Virus record (IMG/VR): IMGVR_UViG_3300027996_003878
Source: a virus
Taxonomy: Duplodnaviria; Caudoviricetes
Reading direction: 5' to 3' (one strand)
DNA: 64,000 nt
Shown: positions 45,552-53,984 of the stretch, in pieces
Layout: each line of letters starts with the position of its first letter
How positions within the stretch are numbered: the stretch's first letter is position 1
The notes under the pieces: model-generated
The model's database searches: none
The model's input: only the letters and a program-made list of their open reading frames with translations
Told to the model about the DNA's origin: nothing
Program-made: the position numbers and the translations under genes

Positions 45552-45579
45552 ATAATAATCAGGGGCCTTAAAGTGTCAA
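45552..45579 (-). promoter_or_regulatory. Sigma70-type promoter
   Basis: TTGACA-N16-TATTAT. Confidence 0.65.
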
Positions 45580-45676
45580 GCGCTTACTAAAGTTTTTATT
45601 TTTAAATTAATTAAAATATCTTTAATACTTTTGAAGTAAGCATTTTTGTATATTACTGGTTATATTATTATTTGCT

Positions 45677-46414
45677 ATGGTGGACTCTAAATCTAGAAGC
45701 TTTTTAAAAGCAATAACGTGGAGAATTTTTGCGGTCATTCTTTTAATGTTAGTTTCGTTTGCTTTAACTCGCAGCATTAAAACGGTAACCTATATCACTT
45801 TACTTTATCATTCAATTCAAATATTTATGTTTTACTTACACGAACAACTTTGGAATTATATAAAATGGGGCAAAACAAGAGGCTTGTTTGTTCAAATGAC
45901 TGGCTTGAGCGGAGCTGGCAAGACTACTTTAGCTCAAGCGCTTGCGGAAAAATTAAGAAAGCAAGGCTACAAAATAGAAATAATTGACGGCGATGAGTAT
46001 CGTGAGGGGATTTGTAAGGACCTTGGTTTTTCAAAGCAAGATCGTTGCACAAATATACGACGTCTAGGTTTTGTTGGTAAGGTTTTAGCAAGAAATAATG
46101 TAATCGCAATTATGTCTGCAATTAATCCTTATGATGAAGTTAGAAATGAGCTAACTTCTATGGGAGAATTTGTAAGAACCGTGCATGTTAAATGTGACAT
46201 TGAAACGCTAAAAAAGCGTGATACAAAAGGGCTTTATGCAAGGGCTCTACTGCCTGATGGAGATCCCAATAAGGTCCACAATTTTACAGGCATATCTGAT
46301 CCATTTGAAGAGCCTACTAGCGCAGATCTCACAATTGAGACCAACAAAGAAGAAATGGAAGCTTCTTTGAAGAAGCTTCATGAATTTGTTCTAAGAGAAG
46401 CGGGCTCTAAATAA
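45677..46414 (+). CDS. cysC: Adenylylsulfate (APS) kinase fused to an N-terminal DUF2061-like membrane domain
   Basis: SRSFLKAITWR N-terminus; TGLSGAGKTT, IDGD, LGFSKQDR..NIRR, KGLYARA, FTGISDPFEEP. Confidence 0.93.
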   Translation: MVDSKSRSFLKAITWRIFAVILLMLVSFALTRSIKTVTYITLLYHSIQIFMFYLHEQLWNYIKWGKTRGLFVQMTGLSGAGKTTLAQALAEKLRKQGYKIEIIDGDEYREGICKDLGFSKQDRCTNIRRLGFVGKVLARNNVIAIMSAINPYDEVRNELTSMGEFVRTVHVKCDIETLKKRDTKGLYARALLPDGDPNKVHNFTGISDPFEEPTSADLTIETNKEEMEASLKKLHEFVLREAGSK

Positions 46415-46416
46415 AA

Positions 46417-47607
46417 TTAATTAACGTTATTTATATTATTTTTACTTGGAACATCATTGATTGTCTGATGTCTGCCTGGGCCTACAGAAACCAAGCAGAC
46501 GTCAATATTTAATTCTTCTGAGATATATTTGATAAATAATTTTGCATTTTTTGGAAGATCGTTAAAGCTTTTCACATTTGTAATGTCTTCCTTCCAACCA
46601 GGAAACGTAGTAAAGCTATTATCTCCAATAACTTTTGGTAAATTATCTAAGCAAGGATATTTATCATTATTATAATCGGTCGCCACTTTGATTTTATCAA
46701 AGCCAGACAAAACATCTAATTTTGTTATGGCTAGCTTTGTAATTCCATTAACCTCAACCGCATATCTCATTAAAGGCATATCCAGCCATCCCACTTTGCG
46801 AGGTCGGCCTGTAACAGAGCCAAACTCATGACCAACGGTTTGTAGGTGCGATGCAAGCTCTCCTTTTATTTCGGATGGGAACGGACCCTCGCCTACTCTT
46901 GTCACATAGGCCTTTGTTATTCCGATAACCTCGTCTATTAAGGTTGGCCCAACACCAGCTCCAGTACAGGCCCCGCCAGCGGTAGCGTTAGAGGAAGTTA
47001 CAAAAGGGTAAGTTCCAAGGTCAACGTCTAGCAAGGTGCCTTGAGCGCCCTCAAACATCACCTTTTTATTTTCTTTTATATTGTTATTTATAATTCTTGG
47101 AATATCAGCTTTTGAAAATCTTTTCAAATTATCAATAACTTCTTGTTTGAAATTATAATTATTATTTTTAATAATATCTAGTACACGAATTCCATTTCGA
47201 CTTATTTTATCTTCGTAGGTAGGTCCAATGCCTTTTTTCGTAGTTCCAATTTTAGAATTTTTATTTATGTCACTTTCAATATGCTTTGGAAGAATGACGT
47301 GAGCGCGATCTGACAACATCAACCTACCCTCAAGCGTTAAGCCTAACCTTTCAAGGCCCTTCACCTCTTCGTAAAAGACGTTAGGGTCAATGACCATTCC
47401 ATGACCCAAAATGCAAGTAGTATGAGGATGAAGTATGCCAGACGGTATTAATCGCAAGATAGTCTTTTCACCATCCACATTTAATGTATGACCTGCATTA
47501 GGGCCTCCGGCGTATCGAACTACAATGTCGTAATCCTTTGCATAAAAATCAACGATTTTGCCCTTACCTTCGTCACCAAAAGCACAACCTACAAAAACAG
47601 TATTCAT
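46417..47607 (-). CDS. purA: Adenylosuccinate synthetase
   Basis: GDEGKGK, GGPNAGHT, GTTKKGIGP, EGAQGTLLD.DLGTYPFVTSS, TRVG.GPFP, VTGRPR, TKLD. Confidence 0.97.
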   Translation of the reverse strand: MNTVFVGCAFGDEGKGKIVDFYAKDYDIVVRYAGGPNAGHTLNVDGEKTILRLIPSGILHPHTTCILGHGMVIDPNVFYEEVKGLERLGLTLEGRLMLSDRAHVILPKHIESDINKNSKIGTTKKGIGPTYEDKISRNGIRVLDIIKNNNYNFKQEVIDNLKRFSKADIPRIINNNIKENKKVMFEGAQGTLLDVDLGTYPFVTSSNATAGGACTGAGVGPTLIDEVIGITKAYVTRVGEGPFPSEIKGELASHLQTVGHEFGSVTGRPRKVGWLDMPLMRYAVEVNGITKLAITKLDVLSGFDKIKVATDYNNDKYPCLDNLPKVIGDNSFTTFPGWKEDITNVKSFNDLPKNAKLFIKYISEELNIDVCLVSVGPGRHQTINDVPSKNNINNVN

Positions 47608-47661
47608 ATCTTTGAAATGAATAAAGGCAAGGTAGACTCGATGATTTAAGTTAAAAAAGAA

Positions 47662-47829
47662 TTATTTTTTCTTAAGTTTTTTACTGTGAGCAAGTAAATC
47701 GCCTAGCGAGACTTTTAATACTTTTTCATCATATTTAGAATTATTTATAAAGTCGCCTTCGATCTGAGTATCTGAACTTTTAATCTCATTGTTGATTAAT
47801 TTTTCGTCGCTAATGTCTTTATTTTTCAT
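47662..47829 (-). CDS. Small hypothetical protein (55 aa)
   Basis: Hand translation: MKNKDISDEKLINNEIK...SLGDLLAHSKKLKKK. Confidence 0.4.
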   Translation of the reverse strand: MKNKDISDEKLINNEIKSSDTQIEGDFINNSKYDEKVLKVSLGDLLAHSKKLKKK

Positions 47830-47943
47830 GATTAAAATTTTTTATTCTTTTTTTCTTTTAGACGCATCTTATTATATATCAAAAAGTCAGCTCTTTATCG
47901 TTACAATTAGTAATTTAAAAAAAATAAAAAAACAATCATTAGA

Positions 47944-47972
47944 TTGACTTTTCAAGTGTTCAGTATTAACGT
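47944..47972 (+). promoter_or_regulatory. Sigma70-type promoter
   Basis: TTGACT-N17-TAACGT upstream of 48024. Confidence 0.5.
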
Positions 47973-48023
47973 AAAAGTACTGTTTTTATTTTTAATATTT
48001 ACATTAAAAAAAATGGAGATTTT

Positions 48024-48239
48024 ATGAAAGAGTGGGGCGGTAAGTGTCAACGATGTTGTGGCGAAAGTAACACACACGTTATGAGTATGTTTAATGAAGA
48101 TCTTATTTGTGAAGAATGCAAAGAAAGTGAAAGAAATCACCCTCAGTATAAGCGAGCTTGTATTGAGGAAATTAAGGCCATTATGAATGGCAATATGAAT
48201 TATAAAGGTATGTTTGCAAATGTTAAATTTGAGAATTAG
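48024..48239 (+). CDS. Small Zn-finger-like phage protein
   Basis: CQRC...MSMFN.D.IC.EC...E..HP.Y. Confidence 0.7.
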   Translation: MKEWGGKCQRCCGESNTHVMSMFNEDLICEECKESERNHPQYKRACIEEIKAIMNGNMNYKGMFANVKFEN

Positions 48240-48697
48240 TTATTATAAATAACTAAATCTTGATCATTTTTTAACTTTAAAGGGGCGTCACTAAGCAGCT
48301 GGGACGCCTTTTCTATTGGTACTTCTTTCGGATCTATTAAATCGACGTCTTCTCTCCACACCACCTCTTCAATATACCCATGAGCTGGCAGTGTAGTTGT
48401 TTTAAATTTAATTGCAGAAATTTCTTTTTCTTTATCAAGATGAGTTAGTTGGACGCTAGGAATAAAGTCTCCATATACAAGAGAGACAGCAAAATTAGAC
48501 CCTGCACTTTGAAGTTTTTTTAATGAAAGAATTTTTTCTATATTTTCTTTATATGTAAAGTGAATGAACTCATCATTACTTATTTGCATGTAAAAAATAT
48601 CACCATCTAAAAATGTTTTTTTACCACTGTAGATTAGCGTACTATCTTTTAGATTTGCATTTATAAATATTTTTAATTTTTGAAGCGTTGAAGGCAT
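48236..48697 (-). CDS. Hypothetical protein, possible ADP-ribosyltransferase fold
   Basis: FIHFT..N.EKIL..KKL...FAVS...EEV pattern. Confidence 0.55.
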   Translation of the reverse strand: MPSTLQKLKIFINANLKDSTLIYSGKKTFLDGDIFYMQISNDEFIHFTYKENIEKILSLKKLQSAGSNFAVSLVYGDFIPSVQLTHLDKEKEISAIKFKTTTLPAHGYIEEVVWREDVDLIDPKEVPIEKASQLLSDAPLKLKNDQDLVIYNN

Positions 48698-48710
48698 TAC
48701 GGTTTATGGA

Positions 48711-49103
48711 TCAATAGCCAACACCCTCAAGCCACTTTACTTCCATTACTTCTGCTGGAAGAATTTTTTTATTTCTTAACACTGACGTCATTTTAGGCCC
48801 AAAGGTAAACTGAAGATCTTTTTTTAGCATAGGATTGTCGCCAGCTGTTAGCTTAATTTCAACGTCTCCTGAAGGCGATACCATAAGGCTTGCAGAAAAT
48901 TTTCCTTCATAATTTATTTTATCTAAAATACCAAATATTTTGTTAGCCACACCGCCCTGAAGATCAAAGGGACTTCCTCCCCACAATCCAGCGTTATCTA
49001 GTGCTTTTTGGATATCAGCGGGTTGAGCGGAAGATGCGATTTCGGCTTTCTTCTGAAATTTATTTGCATAACTTAAAATTTTATTAGTAGATAAAAGTCC
49101 CAT
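48711..49103 (-). CDS. Hypothetical protein carrying the shared N-terminal leader motif
   Basis: NKILSYANKFQKKA. Confidence 0.7.
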   Translation of the reverse strand: MGLLSTNKILSYANKFQKKAEIASSAQPADIQKALDNAGLWGGSPFDLQGGVANKIFGILDKINYEGKFSASLMVSPSGDVEIKLTAGDNPMLKKDLQFTFGPKMTSVLRNKKILPAEVMEVKWLEGVGY

Positions 49104-49117
49104 TACTTTATAATTAA

Positions 49118-50428
49118 TTATTGGTTAATTTGGTTAAATATTTTTTTGTAATTATTATCAATTTCAACTATGTTATTTGCGTGCTTTGAGTCAATTCCTC
49201 GTAATGATCTATTGTGGTAATTTAATTTAAACTCTGTAAACTTCAAAGCATTTGCGGTTGATATAACTACAACAGTGTCATCTGTCTTGATATGAGTATT
49301 TAAGCTTTTTTTAAGAGATGCAAACCCAACGGCAGTATGTGGGCATGTATAAAACCCACATTGGTCTACCTGCGAGGCAATGTCACTTAACTCTTGATCT
49401 GTTGATTGCTCTACAATTCCATTTGTTTCCTGCAAGGCGATTGCGGCTCGATCAGCGGATACAGGATCGCCAATTTGAATAGCTGTAGCTAACGTTTTTT
49501 TTGCTTTAATCGGCTTTAAATCACTTTTATTTTTATAGGATTGGTAAAGAGGATTTGCGCTAGCTGACTGAGCGAGTAACAGTCTAGGCATCTTGTCGGT
49601 ACAGCCAAGGTCTTTCAGCATCTTGAACCCTTTATACAAGGCATAGCTGTTGCCTAAATTACCGCTTGGTAATACTATCCAGTCTGGAACGACACCTTGT
49701 AAACTATCATAAATCTCAAATGCAATTGACTTTTGACCTTCAATGCGTAAGCAGTTTTTTGAATTAGCGAGGTAAATATGGTCATCATTGGCTAATTTTT
49801 GTATTAGCTTCATGCATCCATCGAAATCTGTATCTACAGCAAAAACCTTTGATCCTGTGGCTATTGGCTGAATTAATTGAGCCTTCGAAACTTTGTTACG
49901 AGGTAATAAAATTATAGAGGGAATTCCAGCAATTGCCGCATAAAGAGACAAAGAGGCAGATGTGTCGCCAGTAGAGGCACAACCGATAGCTTTTATTTTT
50001 TTACCATTTTTTATAGCTTGCTTTACAGAAGAAACTAAAACAGTCATGCCAAGATCTTTAAAAGATCCAGTATAATTATTACCACATAATTTAACATAAA
50101 GATTTTTAATACCAAAAAGCTCTGACAAACGATTGGTCCTTATCAGAGGATTATTGCCTTCATGTGTTGTAATGATATTATCTGATAGAATATCTGGAAG
50201 CACTAACTCTTTGTACCGCCATACTCCAGAGTTCCTAAAATTTTCTCTTAAATGATTCTTATTTTTATTTTTTAGATTGTAAGCGGCGCAAAAATAATTA
50301 ATATTACTTATTCTATGACTTACATCCAGAAGACTGCCGCACTTTGGGCAATTATAGATAGTATCTTCAATCGAATAAGACTCTTCGCTACATTGCTTTA
50401 AACATTTTAATTCACACAAGCGCCTCAT
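49118..50428 (-). CDS. thrC: Threonine synthase (PLP fold II)
   Basis: CPKCGSLLDV, GVWRY, EGNNPL, SFKDLG (PLP Lys), ASTGDTSAS, YLANS.N.LRIEGQK, PSGNLGN, TAIQIGDP. Confidence 0.93.
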   Translation of the reverse strand: MRRLCELKCLKQCSEESYSIEDTIYNCPKCGSLLDVSHRISNINYFCAAYNLKNKNKNHLRENFRNSGVWRYKELVLPDILSDNIITTHEGNNPLIRTNRLSELFGIKNLYVKLCGNNYTGSFKDLGMTVLVSSVKQAIKNGKKIKAIGCASTGDTSASLSLYAAIAGIPSIILLPRNKVSKAQLIQPIATGSKVFAVDTDFDGCMKLIQKLANDDHIYLANSKNCLRIEGQKSIAFEIYDSLQGVVPDWIVLPSGNLGNSYALYKGFKMLKDLGCTDKMPRLLLAQSASANPLYQSYKNKSDLKPIKAKKTLATAIQIGDPVSADRAAIALQETNGIVEQSTDQELSDIASQVDQCGFYTCPHTAVGFASLKKSLNTHIKTDDTVVVISTANALKFTEFKLNYHNRSLRGIDSKHANNIVEIDNNYKKIFNQINQ

Positions 50429-50469
50429 ATTTAAATATTATTTTATACTATATTTTTGTATTTTAATAA

Positions 50470-50610
50470 ATGATGATTATAAAAAAGAGATGTTTAAAAT
50501 GCTGGGTTGAATATAAAACATGGGACAAATTCAACACACCGCAACTCTGCCTGGACTGTTGTTTTAAAATAAAATTTACTAATAAAAATCATTTGAAGCT
50601 AGTAAAATGA
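50470..50610 (+). CDS. Small CxxC...CxxC protein (46 aa)
   Basis: Hand translation: MMIIKKRCLKCWVEY...LCLDCC...; ATGA-coupled to the next ORF. Confidence 0.45.
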   Translation: MMIIKKRCLKCWVEYKTWDKFNTPQLCLDCCFKIKFTNKNHLKLVK

Positions 50611-50780
50611 GGATAAAAGTTGAAAGCCTCATTACAGCGGAAGAGAATGATTGCAAAAAGGTAGAGGTAGTATTTTATATAAATTCGAGATATTACAAAG
50701 AAAAGTGCAAAGAAAATATAAATAAAACAATAGCTATAATACAATATAAATTATCAAGATGGCGGAGTTCTACGCAATAA
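50607..50780 (+). CDS. Small hypothetical protein (57 aa)
   Basis: Hand translation: MRIKVESLITAEENDCKKVEVVFY... Confidence 0.4.
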   Translation: MRIKVESLITAEENDCKKVEVVFYINSRYYKEKCKENINKTIAIIQYKLSRWRSSTQ

Positions 50781-50944
50781 AAAATAAGCACGATTTTACT
50801 TTTTTGAAATCTAGTGAAAATGAAATAAATTCATTTATTTGCACCAAATGTGGGGAGCAGGCAAACTCAATTAGTCTGTATGATATGGAAAGAACAGAGT
50901 GTAGCGCTTTAACTAATTATTTATCAATTACTAAAAAAATATAG
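50759..50944 (+). CDS. Small Zn-ribbon-like protein
   Basis: CTKC...C. Confidence 0.45.
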   Translation: MAEFYAIKNKHDFTFLKSSENEINSFICTKCGEQANSISLYDMERTECSALTNYLSITKKI

Positions 50945-51033
50945 CTTTATTTTGATATAAAAATATAAAAGATTTAATTAAGATCAGATTATTTTATTTT
51001 ATTAATTTTTTTTTTACCATTAATTGAGGATAT

Positions 51034-51258
51034 ATGGATCCAATAATTTCCGGCTTAGCTCAATACGGCGTCCTTGGCTTATGGACGGCTTCTTTGCTTT
51101 ACCATAAATGGCAAATGAGTAAAGAGCTAAACACAAGATATAATGAATTAAGTCAGAGAACTCAAAGGTTAGATGACGAAATGCTTGATTTGCTTAGAGA
51201 AAATAATAGATTATTAGAGATTGGGTTTAAAGAAATGATGTCTAAGCTCGACAAGTGA
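51034..51258 (+). CDS. Single-TM holin-like small protein
   Basis: LAQYGVLGLWTASLLY then coiled coil; GAGG SD. Confidence 0.5.
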   Translation: MDPIISGLAQYGVLGLWTASLLYHKWQMSKELNTRYNELSQRTQRLDDEMLDLLRENNRLLEIGFKEMMSKLDK

Positions 51259-51264
51259 TAGCAA

Positions 51265-51735
51265 TCAATCAAAAGGTCCGGGTTTAACCACATCTTTTTC
51301 GTCTAAAAATCTTCCCTCTGGACCCATTTCAAGTTCTTTTTGGTATTGACCCCAGGCCCTTGCCTCGAAAAGCGTGGCGTAGTTTGATAGAACATCCTTT
51401 AGAGGTAAGTTTTTTCCTAGCTCCTCTTTAATGTCCGAAGTATAATTTTTACCCTCTTGCTCAAGTAAAGTTTTGAATATTTTTTCAACTCTTGACAGTT
51501 GGTAGCGTTGGTTGTCTTTGTAGCGCCCTAAGTCTTCGCCTACAGCTCTCTCTAAAGCCTCTCTTACCTTATTTGCGACGTTAGATGGGTTTAGGTCCAA
51601 AAGAGGCGCCATTGCCTTTCCAAAGTCCTGAGCCATCGTAAGCGCGGTCATTGTAAGATTGTTGGATGAACTTGCGGTCTTTAATTTCCATGCATTTGCT
51701 ATTTTGTATAGTTTAGATAAGTTATTTTTTGCCAT
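51265..51735 (-). CDS. Hypothetical protein with the shared leader motif (start MAKNN at 51735)
   Basis: SKLYKIANAWKLKTA. Confidence 0.7.
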   Translation of the reverse strand: MAKNNLSKLYKIANAWKLKTASSSNNLTMTALTMAQDFGKAMAPLLDLNPSNVANKVREALERAVGEDLGRYKDNQRYQLSRVEKIFKTLLEQEGKNYTSDIKEELGKNLPLKDVLSNYATLFEARAWGQYQKELEMGPEGRFLDEKDVVKPGPFD

Positions 51736-51799
51736 TTTTTTTCCTAGAGTCAATGCCCTTATATTCAGAGAAAGCGGACCCGCCTTCCAGCTATTTCAT

Positions 51800-53569
51800 T
51801 CATCCCTTAGACAGCTTAGGCCCCCAATAACCCCACTCCATTAAATCATCGCCTGCCCATCGTATATGCCTTAATGGAACTTCAAACTCTACTATGTGCC
51901 AGTCTTTTTCGCCTTCAGCGTGCTGCTCTGCGTAAGTCTTTGAAAGAGTTATCCAGTTTCCAGTATTAATCGTTGAACCTGCTGACTTTGGAAGTGCGCG
52001 ATAGATTATGACTTTCTTATCAGGCATGCCAATCCCTCTCTTTATCTTTGACCAAAATTCTTTAAGCTCATTTGGATATCCCGTATACCATTCTGGCTTT
52101 TGAAGTATGTCTCGCGGAAAATCATCTGTTTGACCGATTTCATGACCAGCAGGTCCCCACGCCGGCTGATGCTGCATTCGATAATCTTTATATTCTGACT
52201 CTAAATCATCCTTAGAATAAAGATCGGTTTTTGACTTGCTTTCTATTCCTAATATTTTATTTCGAATATTCTCTTTTATTTCATAATTTCTTACTGGACG
52301 CCAGCCTGCTATTGGGTTTAAATATTCAACTATGTCATTGTTTAGTCTGTAACGTTTGCCAGAATCTTCAATGATAGTTAAGTCAGCGCTAGCTGCTTTT
52401 AAATTCAATTCGTCAGCATTTAACTTTTCGACATCGTAAAGCTTCGCTCTTTGTACTTTAATCTCACCATCCTCATCAGGATTACCTTTGATTAAATCCC
52501 TTGGGTTATACTCAAAGGTTAATAGTAATTCCTGATCATCTGTCAAACCTGAGTAATAATCTAAAACAAATTTTTTAGAAGTGCCTAAATAGACGCCCTG
52601 CTTTGATTTAATTACTGAGCCGGGTTCTAGCTGGTAAATAAAATCACCGTCCATGAGGCTTTTAGCTTCTTCAGCGTTATCATCGTATTTAACGACTTTA
52701 TAGCCGAAATTAAGATCGCCTGCTGCTGCTTTTAGAAACTTACGAGCTATAACTAAAATATCAGAAGCTGTAAGTAGCAATTGCTCGTATTTTTTAGCCG
52801 CAGTTTCGCCAAAAGCTTTATTCAGCAAATACTCAAGAAACTTACCCTCTGGCTTTTTCTTGGTTAATTCTATTTGCTTTATTACTTTGTCTTTTGAAAC
52901 GCCAAACCTGCGCGATAGTAATTCTATTACTTTTTCTTTAGAGTAGCCAGGGTAAGAGACATTATAATCTAACTCTTCAATCTTTTGCTTTTTACCATAA
53001 GGCTGGTCTTTTGCCGGAATCGCTTCAAGCCCCAAGTTTAAAAACTCTTCACGCGAAAACCATTGGGCCTCTTTTCCATAAGGCTTGTATCGAATTGCTT
53101 TTATTTTACTAGGTGCAATTAAACCCCGTAATAAAGCTTGTGGCTCTGATTTTTGACTTAAAGTATCGCTTAAGTAGGGGCGGAAGCTTTCTGGAAATTT
53201 CCGATAGGCTAATTCTATCGCAGATTCAGCCCTCTGTCTGCCGTGAGGGTCATCTTCTCTTCCTATGTTGCCAGACCAATCTGTGCCGTGTAGATATTTT
53301 GCAGGAACTTGAAGTTTAATAATAACTTCTCCACGGTTAGAAAATCGATCTGCAAGATCTTCATTTGGAGATACAAATAAACCCTTATGCCGAGGACCAC
53401 CGTAATGTCTTGATTTTACCTCATTTGCATCAAACCCATTAATCATTTCATGCAAATGAGATAAGCTGGTACCATGGTAAACTACTAGCTCATCATCACT
53501 CTTTAACTTGCTATACTCCATTGAGTATTTTAACAAGTTATTTGCGGCTTTATATAACTTCGACCTCAT
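51800..53569 (-). CDS. Multidomain (polyvalent-type) protein with three ADP-ribosyltransferase-like domains
   Basis: YHGT...GLFVS; GYK...GVYLGT...GEI; IYRALP...GNWITLS..YA...EWGY. Confidence 0.7.
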   Translation of the reverse strand: MRSKLYKAANNLLKYSMEYSKLKSDDELVVYHGTSLSHLHEMINGFDANEVKSRHYGGPRHKGLFVSPNEDLADRFSNRGEVIIKLQVPAKYLHGTDWSGNIGREDDPHGRQRAESAIELAYRKFPESFRPYLSDTLSQKSEPQALLRGLIAPSKIKAIRYKPYGKEAQWFSREEFLNLGLEAIPAKDQPYGKKQKIEELDYNVSYPGYSKEKVIELLSRRFGVSKDKVIKQIELTKKKPEGKFLEYLLNKAFGETAAKKYEQLLLTASDILVIARKFLKAAAGDLNFGYKVVKYDDNAEEAKSLMDGDFIYQLEPGSVIKSKQGVYLGTSKKFVLDYYSGLTDDQELLLTFEYNPRDLIKGNPDEDGEIKVQRAKLYDVEKLNADELNLKAASADLTIIEDSGKRYRLNNDIVEYLNPIAGWRPVRNYEIKENIRNKILGIESKSKTDLYSKDDLESEYKDYRMQHQPAWGPAGHEIGQTDDFPRDILQKPEWYTGYPNELKEFWSKIKRGIGMPDKKVIIYRALPKSAGSTINTGNWITLSKTYAEQHAEGEKDWHIVEFEVPLRHIRWAGDDLMEWGYWGPKLSKG

Positions 53570-53615
53570 GCCTTAATAAGAAATTAAGCAATGAAGTAAT
53601 ATAAAATTAAAATTA

Positions 53616-53864
53616 CTAAGGCATTATTAATGATATTCCAGATTTCTTCGGAATATTCGGGCGATCATCGGATAAATCCAGGTAACAAAGACCCCCGCAC
53701 TGACCGCACTCTCCTGCCGGAACCTCTTGTCCAGGACTAATACGATTCCAAAGGTAAGGGATGTTGCTCATTTTAATCTCTAAATCATCCTCATAACCAG
53801 ACCAATCGCAAGAAAAACACTTTACTTTACTCATCAATAATCTCGTCGCTGCTGCCAAAGGCAT
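53616..53864 (-). CDS. Small double-CxxC protein
   Basis: CFSC...PAGECGQCG. Confidence 0.65.
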   Translation of the reverse strand: MPLAAATRLLMSKVKCFSCDWSGYEDDLEIKMSNIPYLWNRISPGQEVPAGECGQCGGLCYLDLSDDRPNIPKKSGISLIMP

Positions 53865-53984
53865 AGGTATCCCTTTAACCTATTCATTCAAAAAAAAATG
53901 TCAATCTTTTTTTCTTTTTATGCCAAATAACGTTATTTTTTAAATTTTATTAAAAGAATTTAATTGCATCTTTAAAATATTTTT

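Noticed and set aside
46417-47607. PurZ (2-aminoadenine DNA pathway)
   Set aside because: The protein keeps the PurA catalytic Asp (GDEGKG); PurZ has Ser there (GSTGKG-type).
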